A DNA stretch of 64,000 nucleotides from Lama glama (GCA_028534125.1 CM052817.1:82400001-82464000), one strand, 5' to 3'; counted from the first letter of the stretch, positions 27,301 through 41,589 are shown. Numbers and translations are program-made. Notes: a model not told the origin generated them from the sequence alone.

Positions 27301-28084
27301 ATAAAATCTTAGACCTTCACAATTCTTGACAGCTACGGATAACATATGGATAGTTTTTATTTGTCATATTTGGATTGTAGAATGTATGTGTATGCATATG
27401 CATGTGCACATGCCTAGATTTTTTAGTTAATAAAATCTGTAAGGTTTCATTCTGAGTGTGCATAAAACTGGGAACTTTTGGACTATTAAGAAGAGTAGCT
27501 TTCAAGATATGCTTTGAAGAGACAATGCTAATTGAAGTGCTAGCTTAAATATTTCCCCAGGTAAACTCTTTCATGAATAGAAGCTAATCTTTCAGATTAT
27601 TATTATTTAAGAACAAATATATTTCAAACACCTATCATTCATATCAGCAATATGTAATAATAGGTCAGAAGTTCTGTTATCATCATATATATAGCACCCT
27701 GTTATTGCTGTTTTTCTATCTGTTAATATGATAATGATTTCTAGGAATTATCAGTGTAGCAATTTTAATATCCACTAAATTATTCTTTCAAAAATTATCT
27801 TATGAAATACGGTAAGTGAATTAGTGAAAGTGAAACATGGAATTCAAATAATGTGTGGGTAGGATTTGAAAATCTGTGATTTAAATTATTGTTAATAATG
27901 AAGAGTTTTTCCCCAGATCACTTTTCTTTTTCCATGAGAAATAGATTTATTAGATCTACTGCCATGCAAGGTCATATATTACATTCCACAACAACAAATG
28001 ACAACTGTGGGCTGGTTTTCACAACACAGAAGAGAGATGAAAATTTCAAAATTAGCTCTTTTGGATTGTTTCCTACATATACAG

Positions 28085-28124
28085 TACCAACTGAAAAATC
28101 ACTCGTATCCTTAAGAGTGGGAAG
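28085..28124 (+). other. Candidate 40-nt exon
   Basis: ttgtttcctacatatacAG acceptor and AAG|GTAAGC donor in non-repeat DNA; host gene not recognised. Confidence 0.3.
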
Positions 28125-31100
28125 GTAAGCACTCCATCATTTGGTGAACCTTCTTTAGAGTAAATACAGTCATGGTAAGGGAATAAATGTTTTTAGACCT
28201 GAAAACTATTTTCTCCTTGGAAGAAAATATAAATGAATTCCCCTGGACTATTATTTGTTCTGAGATTTAATGTCAGGCAAAGCATTTGATGGAAAAACTT
28301 CACTAAACAGGGTTTTATGGGAAGAAAATATCTTTTGATTTTTTTTTTAATGTTTGGGAATCATTTTATATTTTGGCCTCTTTTCTCTCCCAGAAGTTGG
28401 TTATGTGGAAAATAATTTTCACACATATAGTGATTAGTCATTGCTAACTGAAAAGTGGCCATTATTTGGTGCCTTGTTACTCAGTTTCAACATAATGAAA
28501 TTCCTTTTTTTTTTAAACAAAAGGCAATAATAATATACTAAAAGTCGACTTCACTATTGTGCCAGGGAGTAGCAAAGCAGAGTTCAATGCAAAATTCTCT
28601 GAAGGATTTACTCCACTATTTTGTTGTTTGTATACAATATGCCAAGTAAAATGTCAAAACTATTTTTCTTTTCACCTATTACTTTATTGTTTAGATATTA
28701 GGCCCTGTTTTTGCATGTTTGAGAGTCTAGAGGTTTTACTTCACTGACACACATGTCACATTTTCAGGAAATCTTGCATAACTTTTAGTTATTATACCAA
28801 GTTCATATAATTATACAAATTCATGACTTATTCCACCTATACTTAACCAAAATGGGAATGACTCCTTAAGTTGTCGCTTATAGATACGTATTTTTACTGA
28901 CTGTTATGCTGTGTTTCTGAAATGATTGGAAAAACGGCAGACACAAGACTGTCAAAACGTTTGGCCATTTGGATCCTGTCTCTATAAGCCCCTAAAACTC
29001 AAACACAACATACAGGAGGGTTGGGCCTTCTATGTTTATTTAACTGACAGGCCACACCACCTAGAACAGCGCATGGAGTTTAGTAAATACACAAGTAGAC
29101 AAGCATCTATACTTTGGAGTTTTCAAAGCATTAGTTACGATTCTAATTGCCTTTTCCCATTATAATTAATTCCTATTTGAGGTAAAGTATATGTTGATAA
29201 AGTTACCATTTGAGAAGTAAGAATTCTGCTGGAAAAATTTTTCTCCATAATATATTGATTCCTTTTTTATTTCAGAAGTGCTAGAATTTCTGTAAGAAAT
29301 AATGCTGTGGTGTTTACACAATAAGACATTTAACTTTAATTTTCTAATGAATATAACCTTAATTAAATAAGCTTAATAAAGTTCTACAAATGGAGCTTCT
29401 CTTTCAAAACAATTATAATCAGTAATGAGCATCACAGAGAATCAGTAGAACAGTGGTTATACTTCAAGTAAAGAAAATCAATCACAAAATCAATTAAGAC
29501 TTTTTTGACCCTAAAATAATGGATTTTTCTTCTGAATGCTCAAATAGCAATAACTGTAACTTTCTCCTTGTGGTTATTCTCTGCTAATTCAGCTTGAGAT
29601 CAAGGAAGAAAAGTAATTGAATGAATGAATGAATAAACAAACAAACACTCTCTTTCCCTGAGTTCTGTATCAATGGAGAATTAATACAAAAGAGTGAAAT
29701 GGAAGATCGAAACATCATCTTTATTCCTAAATAAAAGATAAGTGTAATGCTAGCGGGTGTGCCTTTATCTCTAGGAGAGCAGACTTCCTTATAATTAAGG
29801 TAACTACATTATTTAGTATCTCAACCAGGAAAGAGAAAAGGAGCAATGTTATTAATTACATTGAGCATAAATTGAGAACATCCAGACAAACCAAGACATA
29901 TGTTTACACTATTTGTAATGAACCACAGACTTCAACAAATGCACCCATCCAATAGCAGACTCTGCTGAATGATCCCAGACCTCTCTTCTGAAAACAAACC
30001 CTTTGCTTCATGTTGAAAATCAGAAAAAGAGCATATATTCTCAGCAAGCAGATTCTTCTCCCAAGAAAGAAAGAATTGAGCCAAACCTTGTCAGTCTATT
30101 CTTCCAAATGTATTATGCCAAACTTCTAATTTAGTTAAATGGGACTGACTAAGAGGGACGATGAGGTCAAGGGTTTCACACCAGTGGATATTGCTCCACA
30201 TGGAAGAAAACATCAGGAGTGAGTGAGAAGTGGTCCTCCTCTGCCCCTCAAAATCTTGTACTATTTTCTAAGCACCAATACTTCTACATTTGGGTTAAGT
30301 TCAGTACTTCAGATAAGGTGTGTTATAGCAGAAAAGCAAAGAATTAGATCAAGTTCTTAACTTTTGTGTTTCCAAAGACTAATCTCGAAGGAAACAGTAT
30401 GAAGTTCATTCTGAAAAAAAAAAAAAATTAAAGAGTAGATAACCAGTTAGAGGGTATTTTCACAGCCTCTGGCCACAGAGAGGAAATAAAAAAGACTGAT
30501 GGAAACAAGATGGTTAGATGTTGACATGTGACCATTTTGCTTCCTGCCCTACAGAGCATGATTCTGATGTGAGGGTGGAAGGATGGGGCAAGGGAAGAAA
30601 CCCAAGATAGGTCTGTACATGCATGTGAGGACAGTTAGGACTGAATGAGGGCTTGATGAATCCCTGTCCCCAGCAGATGAATAGGGTAAAAGTATTGTGT
30701 ATGGCATCAATGAAACAAGCCTAATACAGGTACAGGATGCAAAACAGGTGAGTGTTTTTGTTTGTTTGTTTTGTTTGTTTTTCTGAGCTGCAAGGTTAAG
30801 TCACAGAGAACCAAAGGACTTTTTAACCTTTCTTTCGTTTAGGAAAATTAGATGGGCATAGCAACAGAGAGACCCAATCTGGACACAGATTAATGTGTAA
30901 CAGTCTTCTATTCCTTCCAAATTTGACAATGTAACACATAAATCCCTAAAAATTGTAGCGATCTGAAAGAGAAGGAAGTAAACCCTGAACTACTAAGATA
31001 ATGATTCTGTGTCTTTGAAAAAAATTGATTAGAGAAGAAATTAAGTCATGAAAAAAAAAGTTATATTCATACCTATGTGTATATTTATTATGTTGACTGT

Positions 31101-31384
31101 TTACATTTATGGATCCTTGACACATTTTGAATGATCTTCCCACATTTATATACTTTGAGTAATTGACTCCAAGAAGTGAAATGTATCTCTTGCAGTCTCT
31201 CATACACGCACAGGCTCATGACCCAAGATTCTCCAATAAGGTGCCCCTGCAAGAGGCTTTAATTTGGAAAAGAGAGCTATGAGGAAGTGGCAGCTATGTG
31301 AAACTGGTATTAATGCTAGGGGAAAGGCAGAAGCATGCAGCTTTGAATGGCAATACTGTAAGTAATTCTTGTGTTTCATACTAG

Positions 31385-31600
31385 TTTTGTTAGTTTGCTA
31401 AAGCTTCCGTAACAAAGCACCACAAATTAAGTGGTTTAAACAACAGAAGTTTATTATCTCACAATTCTAGAGGCTAGCAGCCTGAGATCAAGGGGCTGAA
31501 AGTGTTGGTTCTTCCTGAGAGCTGTAAGGGAGGACGTCCTATGTGCCTCTCCCAGGGTCTGGAGCTTGCTGACAGTCTTTGACCATCCAACTTCTGCCTC
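31385..31600 (-). mobile_element. MaLR LTR fragment (MLT1C/D-like)
   Basis: gttagtttgctaaagcttccgtaacaaagcaccacaaattaagtggtttaaacaacagaagtttatt. Confidence 0.8.
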
Positions 31601-32050
31601 TCCAGCAGATGTTTCAGTGTCAGTAGGTGGGTCCCCTTCACCAGCGGCCCATGTGCTTTCCAGTCTAGTGTTTTTGTGCTGGTGAGTCTGTGTGTGAGCT
31701 CTTTAAGTAAAAGTCAGTTGGTTTTCCGTTCCCTGCAGTTCTGTGGTTTTGGGGATGTAGCCCCTGTTGGTTTCAAAGCCAGGTGTTTGGGGAGCTCAGG
31801 ATCTAAGTGTTGGGGTGCCTGGTGTGGAGCTCAGATTCCTTGCTTCTCAGGGAAAAGTTCCATACCTTTGTGACCGCTCCCAATTGTGGGTCACCATAGC
31901 TTGGGTGTGATTTTTTTTCCTTGATGAGACTGTATCTCTGCCTCGCCTATTTATCTCAGTGCTGTCCTTTTACCCTGTGGTGTGGATTTGTTGTGTCCAT
32001 GGAAGGAGGTGACTTCAGGATCTCCCTATGCTGCCACCTGGAACCCTTTC
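31600..32050 (-). mobile_element. L1 5'UTR fragment
   Basis: GC-rich block agccctgttggtttcaaagccag...tccctatgctgccacctggaacc, similar in layout to the L1 5' end at 43300-43760. Confidence 0.7.
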
Positions 32051-32416
32051 CCTATTTTTTAAATGTGAAAGTATGCACTAATAAAAAATAAAGAAGAGAA
32101 ATGATGTGGCCAAAAATATCCTCACATTTTTAAAACGTTTATGTTTAATATTACATAAGCAAATAAGGAATGCAATCACAGTTAAAGACAGTAAATAGAA
32201 CATAAGGTTAAATCATTTCTGAGCTGGACACCATACAAAAAGTTTAAAAGTGTGTCTCCTTACTTAAATTGCACATAAGTGGCAGATATTGGTAATATGA
32301 AATAAAATATACTTTTACTTTTATCATTCTGATGGTTGTATTAGTTATTTGGGCTCTGCAAATGAACTGAGACTTGGAAGTATCTGTAAGATTTGAAACA
32401 TCAATCTCCTGAAGTT

Positions 32417-32430
32417 CCACTAGGGGGTGC
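32417..32430 (+). promoter_or_regulatory. CTCF core motif candidate
   Basis: CCACTAGGGGGTGC vs consensus CCASYAGRKGGCRS, one C>T mismatch. Confidence 0.5.
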
Positions 32431-35400
32431 AAGCTTTGAAACAGGGGAAAAAACCACTGTCCTGGTTGGGAATGGATAGTTAATGGATTAGGAGGATGGA
32501 AGAAATGCACCCTCCATTACCAAATGCCACATAAGTACTGCTAAGGCCGGACCCAGATGTTCTAAAACATACACCCAACTCACTCTGAGAACATGCTCTA
32601 GACTTAGATTTTAAAACAAACAAACAAATGAATAAATAAGTAAAAACCTCTTTGTTTAAAAAAATGGTGGTTTAGGTGGAGCAGAGCTTATTACGTTTCA
32701 GTGTGTATCAGAATCACTGGAGCACTTATTAAAAAAAAGATTATTGGACAATACTCTCTGAATTTCTAATTAATCCTGGGGCAGGGCTAAGGATTTTCCA
32801 AATCCTCTTCCTTTCTTCATTCTGCCAGCTCTCTGTCCCCTCTCATATTAGTCCAAGGGGCAGTAGCTGAAATATGGTGTGGGGGGGTGCTATTTGCCCC
32901 TCGTTTGCCTCCTGCCCACCAAATATCTATCTAATGGTGAAACTGAGTCTATAGAAAAAGTTACTACCTGTTTTGTTAATTGCGAATTCTATTACATCCG
33001 TAATGTTAATGTCTGGTTGCAATTGGCTTTTTTGAAAATTAATTTTGAGGTTGTGAAAGATTTTATTTTATTATTTAAAGGCAGATGCTCTCTTTCTCAA
33101 GCTGGGGTGGGGGAAAGCCTTGGCTGGTAGCTGAAGCATTTGGGCAGAGTTCTTTATGGCATTAAAAAAAAAAAAACTGCATTTACTTGGGAAAACAGCA
33201 TCATGTGACAGGACCATAGCAATCATAACACCTCGGGTGCCAGGAAACACTCACTCTGGGTGGCTTGGACGACTCCAGATTCTTAAGAGCTTTTTTTTTT
33301 TTTTTTGTGGTAGAAAGTCCCTGCAGTGCATTAATGTCTACAGAGAGCTAATAGCAACCCTGTCTCTAAAGCAACTGGTTTGTACTTTATGAGCCTGCAA
33401 GGCAGAAGAATAACAGACACATATCACTGACAGTTAACAAAGCTATCTTTCATGATTCTCTTTTTTTGCCCTTTTACCAAAAGTCTCATTTTGTAGAAAA
33501 ACACTCTACAAATAATGACTTAAATTATTTCCGAATAAAAGCATTTTCTTCCTCAAATTATCTAAAGTCTTAAAAATGCCACCATGTTATTTTAGCAATG
33601 CTTAAGGGCTTCCCCTCTCTTTTATATGTGTATACAAAATGAAAAATTATGTTTAAAATATTTTTCTCTTCTTGCATCTGACATGTAAGGCCTATATCAC
33701 AAGTAATTCTGTAACTTGGCACTATTCTTTATGAAGAATAGGCACATTTGATTACATGCAATTTTTTTGCAAGAATCTATATAGTAACATTAGTATCTAG
33801 TGTATATTGTGAATCTGCCTCTGAAAAATAAGAAGCTTAGTCATTTTTCTAGTTTATTTTCACTGTGAATTGTCATGTGTGAAGAGAGGGGTTATCAGAG
33901 GTGGTCGTAATTGTTCAGGTTCCAGAGTTTTGCCAGAATGAAATATCACAGCTTTGCCAAGTCTCTTTTCTTTTTGATAGTTGTATTTCATGTCTGGTAC
34001 CACAGTTAGTCTCTAAAGGCACTCTCTTTCCTCAGATGTCTTGGCTTAATGTGGACAAACATTCCAAAGTAAATTTATTAAGAAGGGGAAAATGAAGAAA
34101 TATAAAATATGGAATCCAGAGACAGATAAGTTTACATACAGATTCTCTTCTCTGAAGGTAGCTGGAGTCTGAACCACAAATTGACATGTCTGGCCAGCTC
34201 ACCAGGACTTGAAGACCTTGGTTCTTCTCCCTTAATCCTGTCTGGTATTGTTTCTGACCAGTAAGGCCAGCTTCGGTTTAGTACCCTGAGTGGGTGGATA
34301 AAGTCTAAACGATTTCACAGCATTCTCCTGCCCTGTCTGCTGTGTTGTGTCGTACTTCAGACCAATCTTGTCCTCTAATCCATATGGGAAAGACACCATT
34401 CCCTATCTGGTCCAAAGTAACTCCTCTTTCTTCAGACTGACCTGCAGTAACTTCCCAGAATTTATTGTCTTTGTTTGCATTCTCTCTCCTGGAATGAATA
34501 CACTCAATCCCAAGTAAGTTTTCTCTGTCCTCTTTCCTTTACCTAAATGTTATCAGGAACCAAAAATGTAATGTGAGTATGTAAAGTGGTCCTGGGGAAG
34601 AGGCATAATGATTGTTTAATTTCAGTGGATTTTTTCTTTTTTTTTTTAAATTCACAATTGGTGAAATCAAAGACCACCAAAGAATAATGTTTTCTAATTA
34701 TCTGCCTGATATCAGTTATAGGCAGGAGGTCAAGGCAGTGGGGATAGAGAGCTGCAACACTTTAGAAAAATGTGGATAGATAGATCTATGCATATGTACA
34801 TGGATAGATGTATATGATATATAATATACACATCTCTGCCTTATATAGATACAGATTGCTTTTTCTAAGTGGGTATATATACTGTTTGCCTTTAGGATTC
34901 TAAAGGCAGGAGTATTTGGGAAATTATATAGATAAAGAGAGAAAAAATAATGTTTGTTAAAAAAAATACATTTTAATGGAGACTGAAATATTAGTGTCCA
35001 TAACATTATCTTATTTATATAAAGTCACAATTTTCTCAGAATTTTACAATAGATTCTGCAGTATGGAAGTGTGTGCTGACCAAGCTCAAGGCAGGAAAAT
35101 AGAAGCATAGGTTAGTATATAATGTTAGGTTATTCTGGGTCCTCTGATTAGCCGTAAGTAGTTTCTATTAGAACAATGTGTGGTTTACAACAATATTTTA
35201 AATTATCTTGATACAATATACTCCTGTGCTGAAACATAACAGTCTAATAAATTTCTAAGCACTTTACAACCCTGACGATTGTATATAAGGTCATTTAGCA
35301 TGGCACATTTTACATCCTGACAGAGTGGGGCCCTGTGTCCCATGACTGTAAGCATTAGCACTAAACACTTCAGAGGAAGATGTATGTTATCTGCTTAGTT

Positions 35401-38400
35401 GACCAACCTAAGGTGAATCCACTGGCATGAACCCAGCTTGGTTTGTATGCTTCAGTGAAATGCTTCTGATAACTCAGTCAGCTAGGAATCTGCTCCTCCA
35501 CAGAGACGTGCATGCTTTGTTATAACTCTTAGACTGGAGGAGCAATTCCTGTGGCTTCTCAGAAAGCTGATCTTTTTGACTTTAAATTTGGAATAACTGA
35601 ACACCTCTGACTGCTGTGCAGTATTGGGAGGGAGCCTACTAAAGATACAAAGACTGCAGCTGTGCTTATTTTGGAAGGCCCATGGTGCAGAGTCAGTTTT
35701 TGCCCTTAGACTATAATGCATGGCTGAGATGTCCAAGGGATCGTGTACAAGGGATGATGGACCAGAACTGGCTATTATACGAGCAGATAGGCATCTGTAA
35801 AATGAAATAATTTATAAGAATGTCAATTTAAAAGTAAAGTTTGTACCTATTGCTTAAACAAGGAATTATATTGTTCCAGAATGGGGGTCTTTAATTGTAT
35901 CTTCAACTGAACTGAAGGCAGAATACTTTCTCCTATTTTTCTCTTTAGCCTTTCCATTTAATTGTGGAAAACAAAATGGAAGAAATCAAGTGGAAAACAG
36001 ATAATGATTTTTGGCTACATAAAAGTAAAACTTCTTTGATTAAAAAAGAAATTTGTTTCACACAAAGTGATTTTTTAAATGATGCCCATATTTTTACATG
36101 TACTGATTAAATGAACAATTATTTGTTCCATGTGCTGTATCAGTGAAAGCCTTACACTTTGATATTATAATCACCTTGTATTAACTTTAAATGAACAATC
36201 ACATATTTCTGGTACCTTGGCTCATGTTGGTCATGAATTTTTATGTTATTTTTTAAGAAATAAAGCATTTTTTCCAAGAGTAGTTTTTAGGCTGCTTCAT
36301 TTGCTATCAGCAATCTGTAACATTTACCACGAGGTCAGTACCCTAGACTTATTATCCTCTTAAATGAATCCCTGAGAGGGTATAAACAAATGGAGACAAC
36401 TTAGGTATTGTTCCTTAGTTTATCCTTTCTCTAATGCGTCAGTAAACCCAAAATGCTACAAAAAATATTATTTAAGAATAAATGGTTTATGGCAGGATTC
36501 ACTGAGGAAAACATTCTGCTTAAGTACAAGGAACTTTGTAGAGTTCTTTGGGAGCCAAAGCTTTCTCATGTAAACATCAAAGTTCTTATTTTCATTTGCC
36601 ATATAAAATAATTATTTTAAAATGTGAATATCATTCATAAATGAATGGTGTTGGTAATGGTGACTTTTAAAATTTCTATCCTACATAAGGAAAATATTTG
36701 TCTTTATCTGATCAAGCCAATGATTAAAAATCTAGAGAGGCTCATGGGTATATGATGGGTAGCTATGGAAGCTGGACAGTTACGGAAAGTTTACAGCATC
36801 TATGGGATGATATTTATGGGGTTGGTATTTAATGTGCTGAACTGCTAGAGGTAAGTCTCTTGAACTGTGTCCCCAGTGATCTTAAGGTTCTGCAGACCTA
36901 TTTCATGAATGCCAAAGGAAGCAGGGTAAGGGGAGAAACCAAGAGAACGTATGATATATGGAACACTGTTCACCGTGAATAGTTCTGCCTTCATTTTATA
37001 TCTTGGGTCTTGGGGTCTTATCTTCAAGTTCATGTAAAGAAAAGTTTTTGTTCTGTTTTCAAAAATAAAAATTCAAAAATCATTGCCTCCTCATTGCATA
37101 TCCCTTTGGGAGTTCATCCAGCAAAAATCAAACTGGAATAGATGCATTAAAAAAAAAAAGGATGAACGGTTTAGTATGAAGTTCCCTCCAATAAAGCAAA
37201 AACCAAAAACAAAGAACAAAACAAACAAACAAAAAGAGTTCAGAAAAAAGAAAATCTTGGGAAACTAAAGATGTAAGAATAATGTGGCTTCCAATTATAT
37301 TTTAGAGACAGATAGAAAATATAAATCAAGAACTCAAGTTTTAAGATCTTTATAAGTATATAGTACTTTCATATCACTTATTTTTGATGACCCAGGCTGT
37401 TTTAGTCTAATGATTAATGATACATTGCTTAAGATGAAACTGCTTAGGGGGATAGTTTCCATGAAAGTGTCCACTAACAGTTATTTTTTGCTGTGGACGA
37501 AAACTCCAATCCACCAAAGGATAAAGTAGGTAGGGTAGTAATATTTAGAAAGAAAGAAGAAAGAAAAGAAGAGAGAGGGAAAGAGATGTATTTAATGTCA
37601 CTGTATGTATAGATCCCTGTAAAAAGTTACAAATAAACCAAGTGTGTATATTCTGCATAAAGAATGCTGCCAGAATTACAGAATTACTTGTGATTTAATG
37701 CTTCATGTGTTAGATGCAAGAAGGGAAAAAATGGTCCCTTCTTGCATCTGAGAGGAAGGGATATCCATTTACTCCGAAACAGTAAAGCTCAAGAAGATAG
37801 CATGTTCTTGAAAATTGTTTTAAGATAAATAGAAGAAAGGTCCTATATTTGCCTACATTTCAATAGAAGCTAAACTATATTTTGCTGAACACTGGTCTCT
37901 TGATTTAAAACAAAACAAAACAAAATCTTTAAAGGAAAATAGAAACTGTCTGTTTCTAGTTATTTTGCACTTAAATCATTAAAATGTTGCTGTTTTAGTT
38001 TCCATTAGTTATACAAAATCATTTTCAACAATTTCAATAATCATTTTAGCTGCATTTCTCTTAAATGCAGGCCTGTTTTCCAAGTACAAATAAATTTGAA
38101 CAAAAGATTTGATTTCTGTTAGAAATTTCTCCAGATGTGAATTTTGTAATAAGCCTCATGTTATTATTCTAGTTTGCAATGAAACATGGATTAAGGCATA
38201 AAAAGAAGGAGAAAATGCTTGGTAAATAAATAAATAGATAATTAAACTTTGTTTACCATTCCATCCACAGATTTTGATGTTTGCCAGAATATAATGTTGG
38301 CTTGAGAGATGGGGTGTTGGTTAACTCGAAGCCAAACAATTTGGTATTTAGGAAAATAATAAGTGAATTTTGTTGAAAAACAAGTTACTTGCAGATTTCA

Positions 38401-40024
38401 CTTAATTCATATTGCCACCATTTTGTGTTTGTGCATATTTTAGCTTAGCATGAGTAATGATGCTAAGCTGAACAGCAGTGTTTTAACCCATGTCTGTCCC
38501 TTGAACAATCTTCAGTTACAGGTAGTCAGTATGACCAAGTATGTTAGTCAAATAATTCAAATTAAAATAAGTTAAATAGTTCAACTTAAAAAAAAAACTT
38601 TTCATCATTTTATCATGTCAGCCTGACTTCATATCGTCAAAGAGACCCAATTTATAAACCAACATTTTGTGTTATCCCATTGGCAAATACAGCTAATTTT
38701 ACAAGATATTTGTTAGGAATATATATACATATATATATGTATACACTCAATAATTTTGCTTATCTTTCTTTTTTTCTTTCTACCTATCATTTATTGGGTA
38801 AACAAAATTAAATATCATTTGGATATTGTTGCAACCAGACACACTTTTCTGTTCCTGCAATACCAAATTTCATATTGATATACTTCATTCACATAATTTC
38901 ACCCATTAGGCCAGAAAGCAATTTAAAGATTTCTAACATTCTCTTAGAATACAAAGGAGACTAGGCATTCACATATTCACAGTGAGCATAAAATTTGGTA
39001 ACAGTCTTCCGGGGAATAATTTGCCAGTGGACATTAAATTTTAATTGTGCACAGAAAGCTGTTTTAAAGAAATTACATCATAGTACAGATGTTCACGGAA
39101 GCCTTGAACTAGCAATAGACACCACTTACTTTTCCATCAGTGAGGGAATAAACTATGATAAATCCATAAAAATGAATACAGAGCAGCCATGAAAGAGAAA
39201 GAGGAGATATATATTGAATGTTATGTAAATATGCACATGGTATGTTCAATTGTGAAAAGAAAAAAATAAAATGAACACCAATATGTAGAAGATTATTTCT
39301 ACTTTCTTAACAATAACAGTAGCTAAATTATATTATTTATGCATACAAGTGAGAAAGATGGCTGGAAGAAGAGCCGCGAGCTCAGGTGAATGGATGGAGA
39401 GTGGACATTGAGAATGTTCCACTCCTGGCCTTTTATGTTTATGCCTCTGTATCTTAGGAGTAAAATTGGTTTACTTTACAGAATTTATTCTCTTTTCTGC
39501 TAACATCCAATCCTGTAAACCAGCACTTATTCCCCTTGTTCAGCATTTTTTCCCCTGAAAACTACTCTCCATCCAAAATAAATATTTCTACTGTGCCACA
39601 AAACAATTATTCAGCTCTAAAATTGCACAGCCTTTGCCATATAGTAAATTCCACTAAGCCATGGCAAAACTCCATCTCCAATTCAGAAAACGTTTATGTT
39701 TGACCAGTGGGAATGATGATAAATTGTTTATGTTACTCTTTGTCTTCTGGGGAAATGTTTTCATTAAGTCTGAATGCTATCTAATGGGTAAGACAGGAAA
39801 GTTTGGGAGAAGCTACTACTGTTATTCAGTCATTAAATACAATACACATTAAGATAGAGCAAGGCACGGTGGGAATGGCCATGCTCTCTGCTCCTGGGCT
39901 CGCCTTGCTACCCGAGCTCCTACTGTACAAGGTGGGAGTGAAACATCATTCTCACTAACAAGGGACTTTCTCTCTCTTGCAGGACAATGTTACACTTTAC
40001 TGTTGAATTTTTTTTAGTGTTATG

Positions 40025-40026
<2 letters not shown>

Positions 40027-40056
<30 letters not shown>
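40027..40056 (+). repeat. (TG)n microsatellite
   Basis: About 15 units read directly. Confidence 0.95.
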
Positions 40057-40059
<3 letters not shown>

Positions 40060-40701
40060 TCACAAGGAACTACAAGGATTAAATAGGTGTCTGAGAAATA
40101 TGTGCTTTATGCCATCTCTGATGTTGCCCCATCTCAAATTAGTTAAAATAAATTCACTGCTGCAAATAAATCTGTTTGCTCCATTACTTGTATGGCTTCA
40201 TAATTTTTAAGTATTTTAACAATTTGAAATATTAAGAAATATCAAATAGACATGTAATTCCATATTCTGTATTTTGAGTTTATGTTACTCATTTTCCATG
40301 TTTGTATATAAATATGGCTGAATAATATTAAACACGAAAATCTGTTATTGTGTATTTAATCAAAACCAACTCTTGAAGATTTGGTATACTTCAATTTTTG
40401 ATATTTTCTATGATGCTGTGCTGAACATATTTATGTGTTTGGATTTCTTCTGTTTTAATGTGCTGCCTTTGGAGATAGTCCTGTAAATAAAAGTATTTTA
40501 TTGAACAATATGACTTGAGATGCATGGCAAACTACCTTCAAATTTAGCATTGTGTATTTAGCAAAATATTAATAATATTGTCAACTAGTTTTTATTTAAT
40601 TCAGAATATTTATATAAATAAGAAAACAAATGCTAATATTGAGTACCCAGTCTGAACTGATTTGAATTTGTTTTATGTTTAAGTGAAGCATGGGTATTTT
40701 T

Positions 40702-41190
40702 TCTTTTTTTTTCTTTTTTTTAATAGACTTTATTCTTTTAGAGCAGTTTCAAGTTCACAACAGAGTTGAGCAGAATATACAGAGTTCACATATAGCCCTC
40801 CCCACCCACACATGTATACTTTCCTACCCTCAACATCCTTCATCAGTGTGGCATATTTGGTACCACCAAAGAATCAACATGGGCACCTTATTATCAACCA
40901 AAGTCTATAGTGTACATTAAGGTTTACTCTTGATATTGTACATTCTGTGGGTTTTGACAAATGCATAATGGCATGTGCTCAATCTATTCATTCCTCTCTC
41001 CCTCCCTCTCCCCAAACCCCTAGAAACCATGATCTTTTTTTTGTTTCTGTGGCTGTGCCTTTACCAGAATGTCATTTGGTTGGAATCGTACAGTTTGCAG
41101 CCTTTTCAGACTGGCTTCTTTCATTTAGTAATATATCTTTTAAGTTTCTTCCATGTCTTTCATGGCTTGATAGATCATTTTTTTTTACTG
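40702..41190 (-). mobile_element. L1 (L1MC-like) 3'UTR with poly(A)
   Basis: Poly(T), then aatagactttattcttttagagcagtttcaagttcaca...gccttttcagactggcttctttcatttagtaat. Confidence 0.85.
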
Positions 41191-41294
41191 CACATACGTT
41201 TTTCGATTTACATATATGTACTGTTTATTGTTTCTAAGAACGTTTAGAGCTTTAGCTTTTTAAACTTACAAAGTTATCAAAAAATAAAGCCAAT

Positions 41295-41429
41295 CACAAA
41301 ATAAGAATTAACTCAAAAAGATACATACACCCTGTTATTAAAAGCAAATATATATATTTATAATTGCCAAGATATGGAAGCATCCTAAGTGCATATCAAT
41401 AGTTGAATAGATAATGGAGATACAGTGTG

Positions 41430-41486
<57 letters not shown>

Positions 41487-41531
41487 GAATACAACTCACC
41501 AATTAAAAAGAAGGCTATTTTGCCATTTGCA
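41295..41531 (+). mobile_element. L1 ORF2 3' fragment containing (CA)n
   Basis: aaagatacatacaccctg...gccaagatatggaagcatcctaagtg...attttgccatttgca; (CA)n at 41432-41483. Confidence 0.75.
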
Positions 41532-41589
41532 TCCTTTCATTCACTTTTTTTTTCCACTTCAAAAACCAGAATTTTATAAGTGGTAGAGA

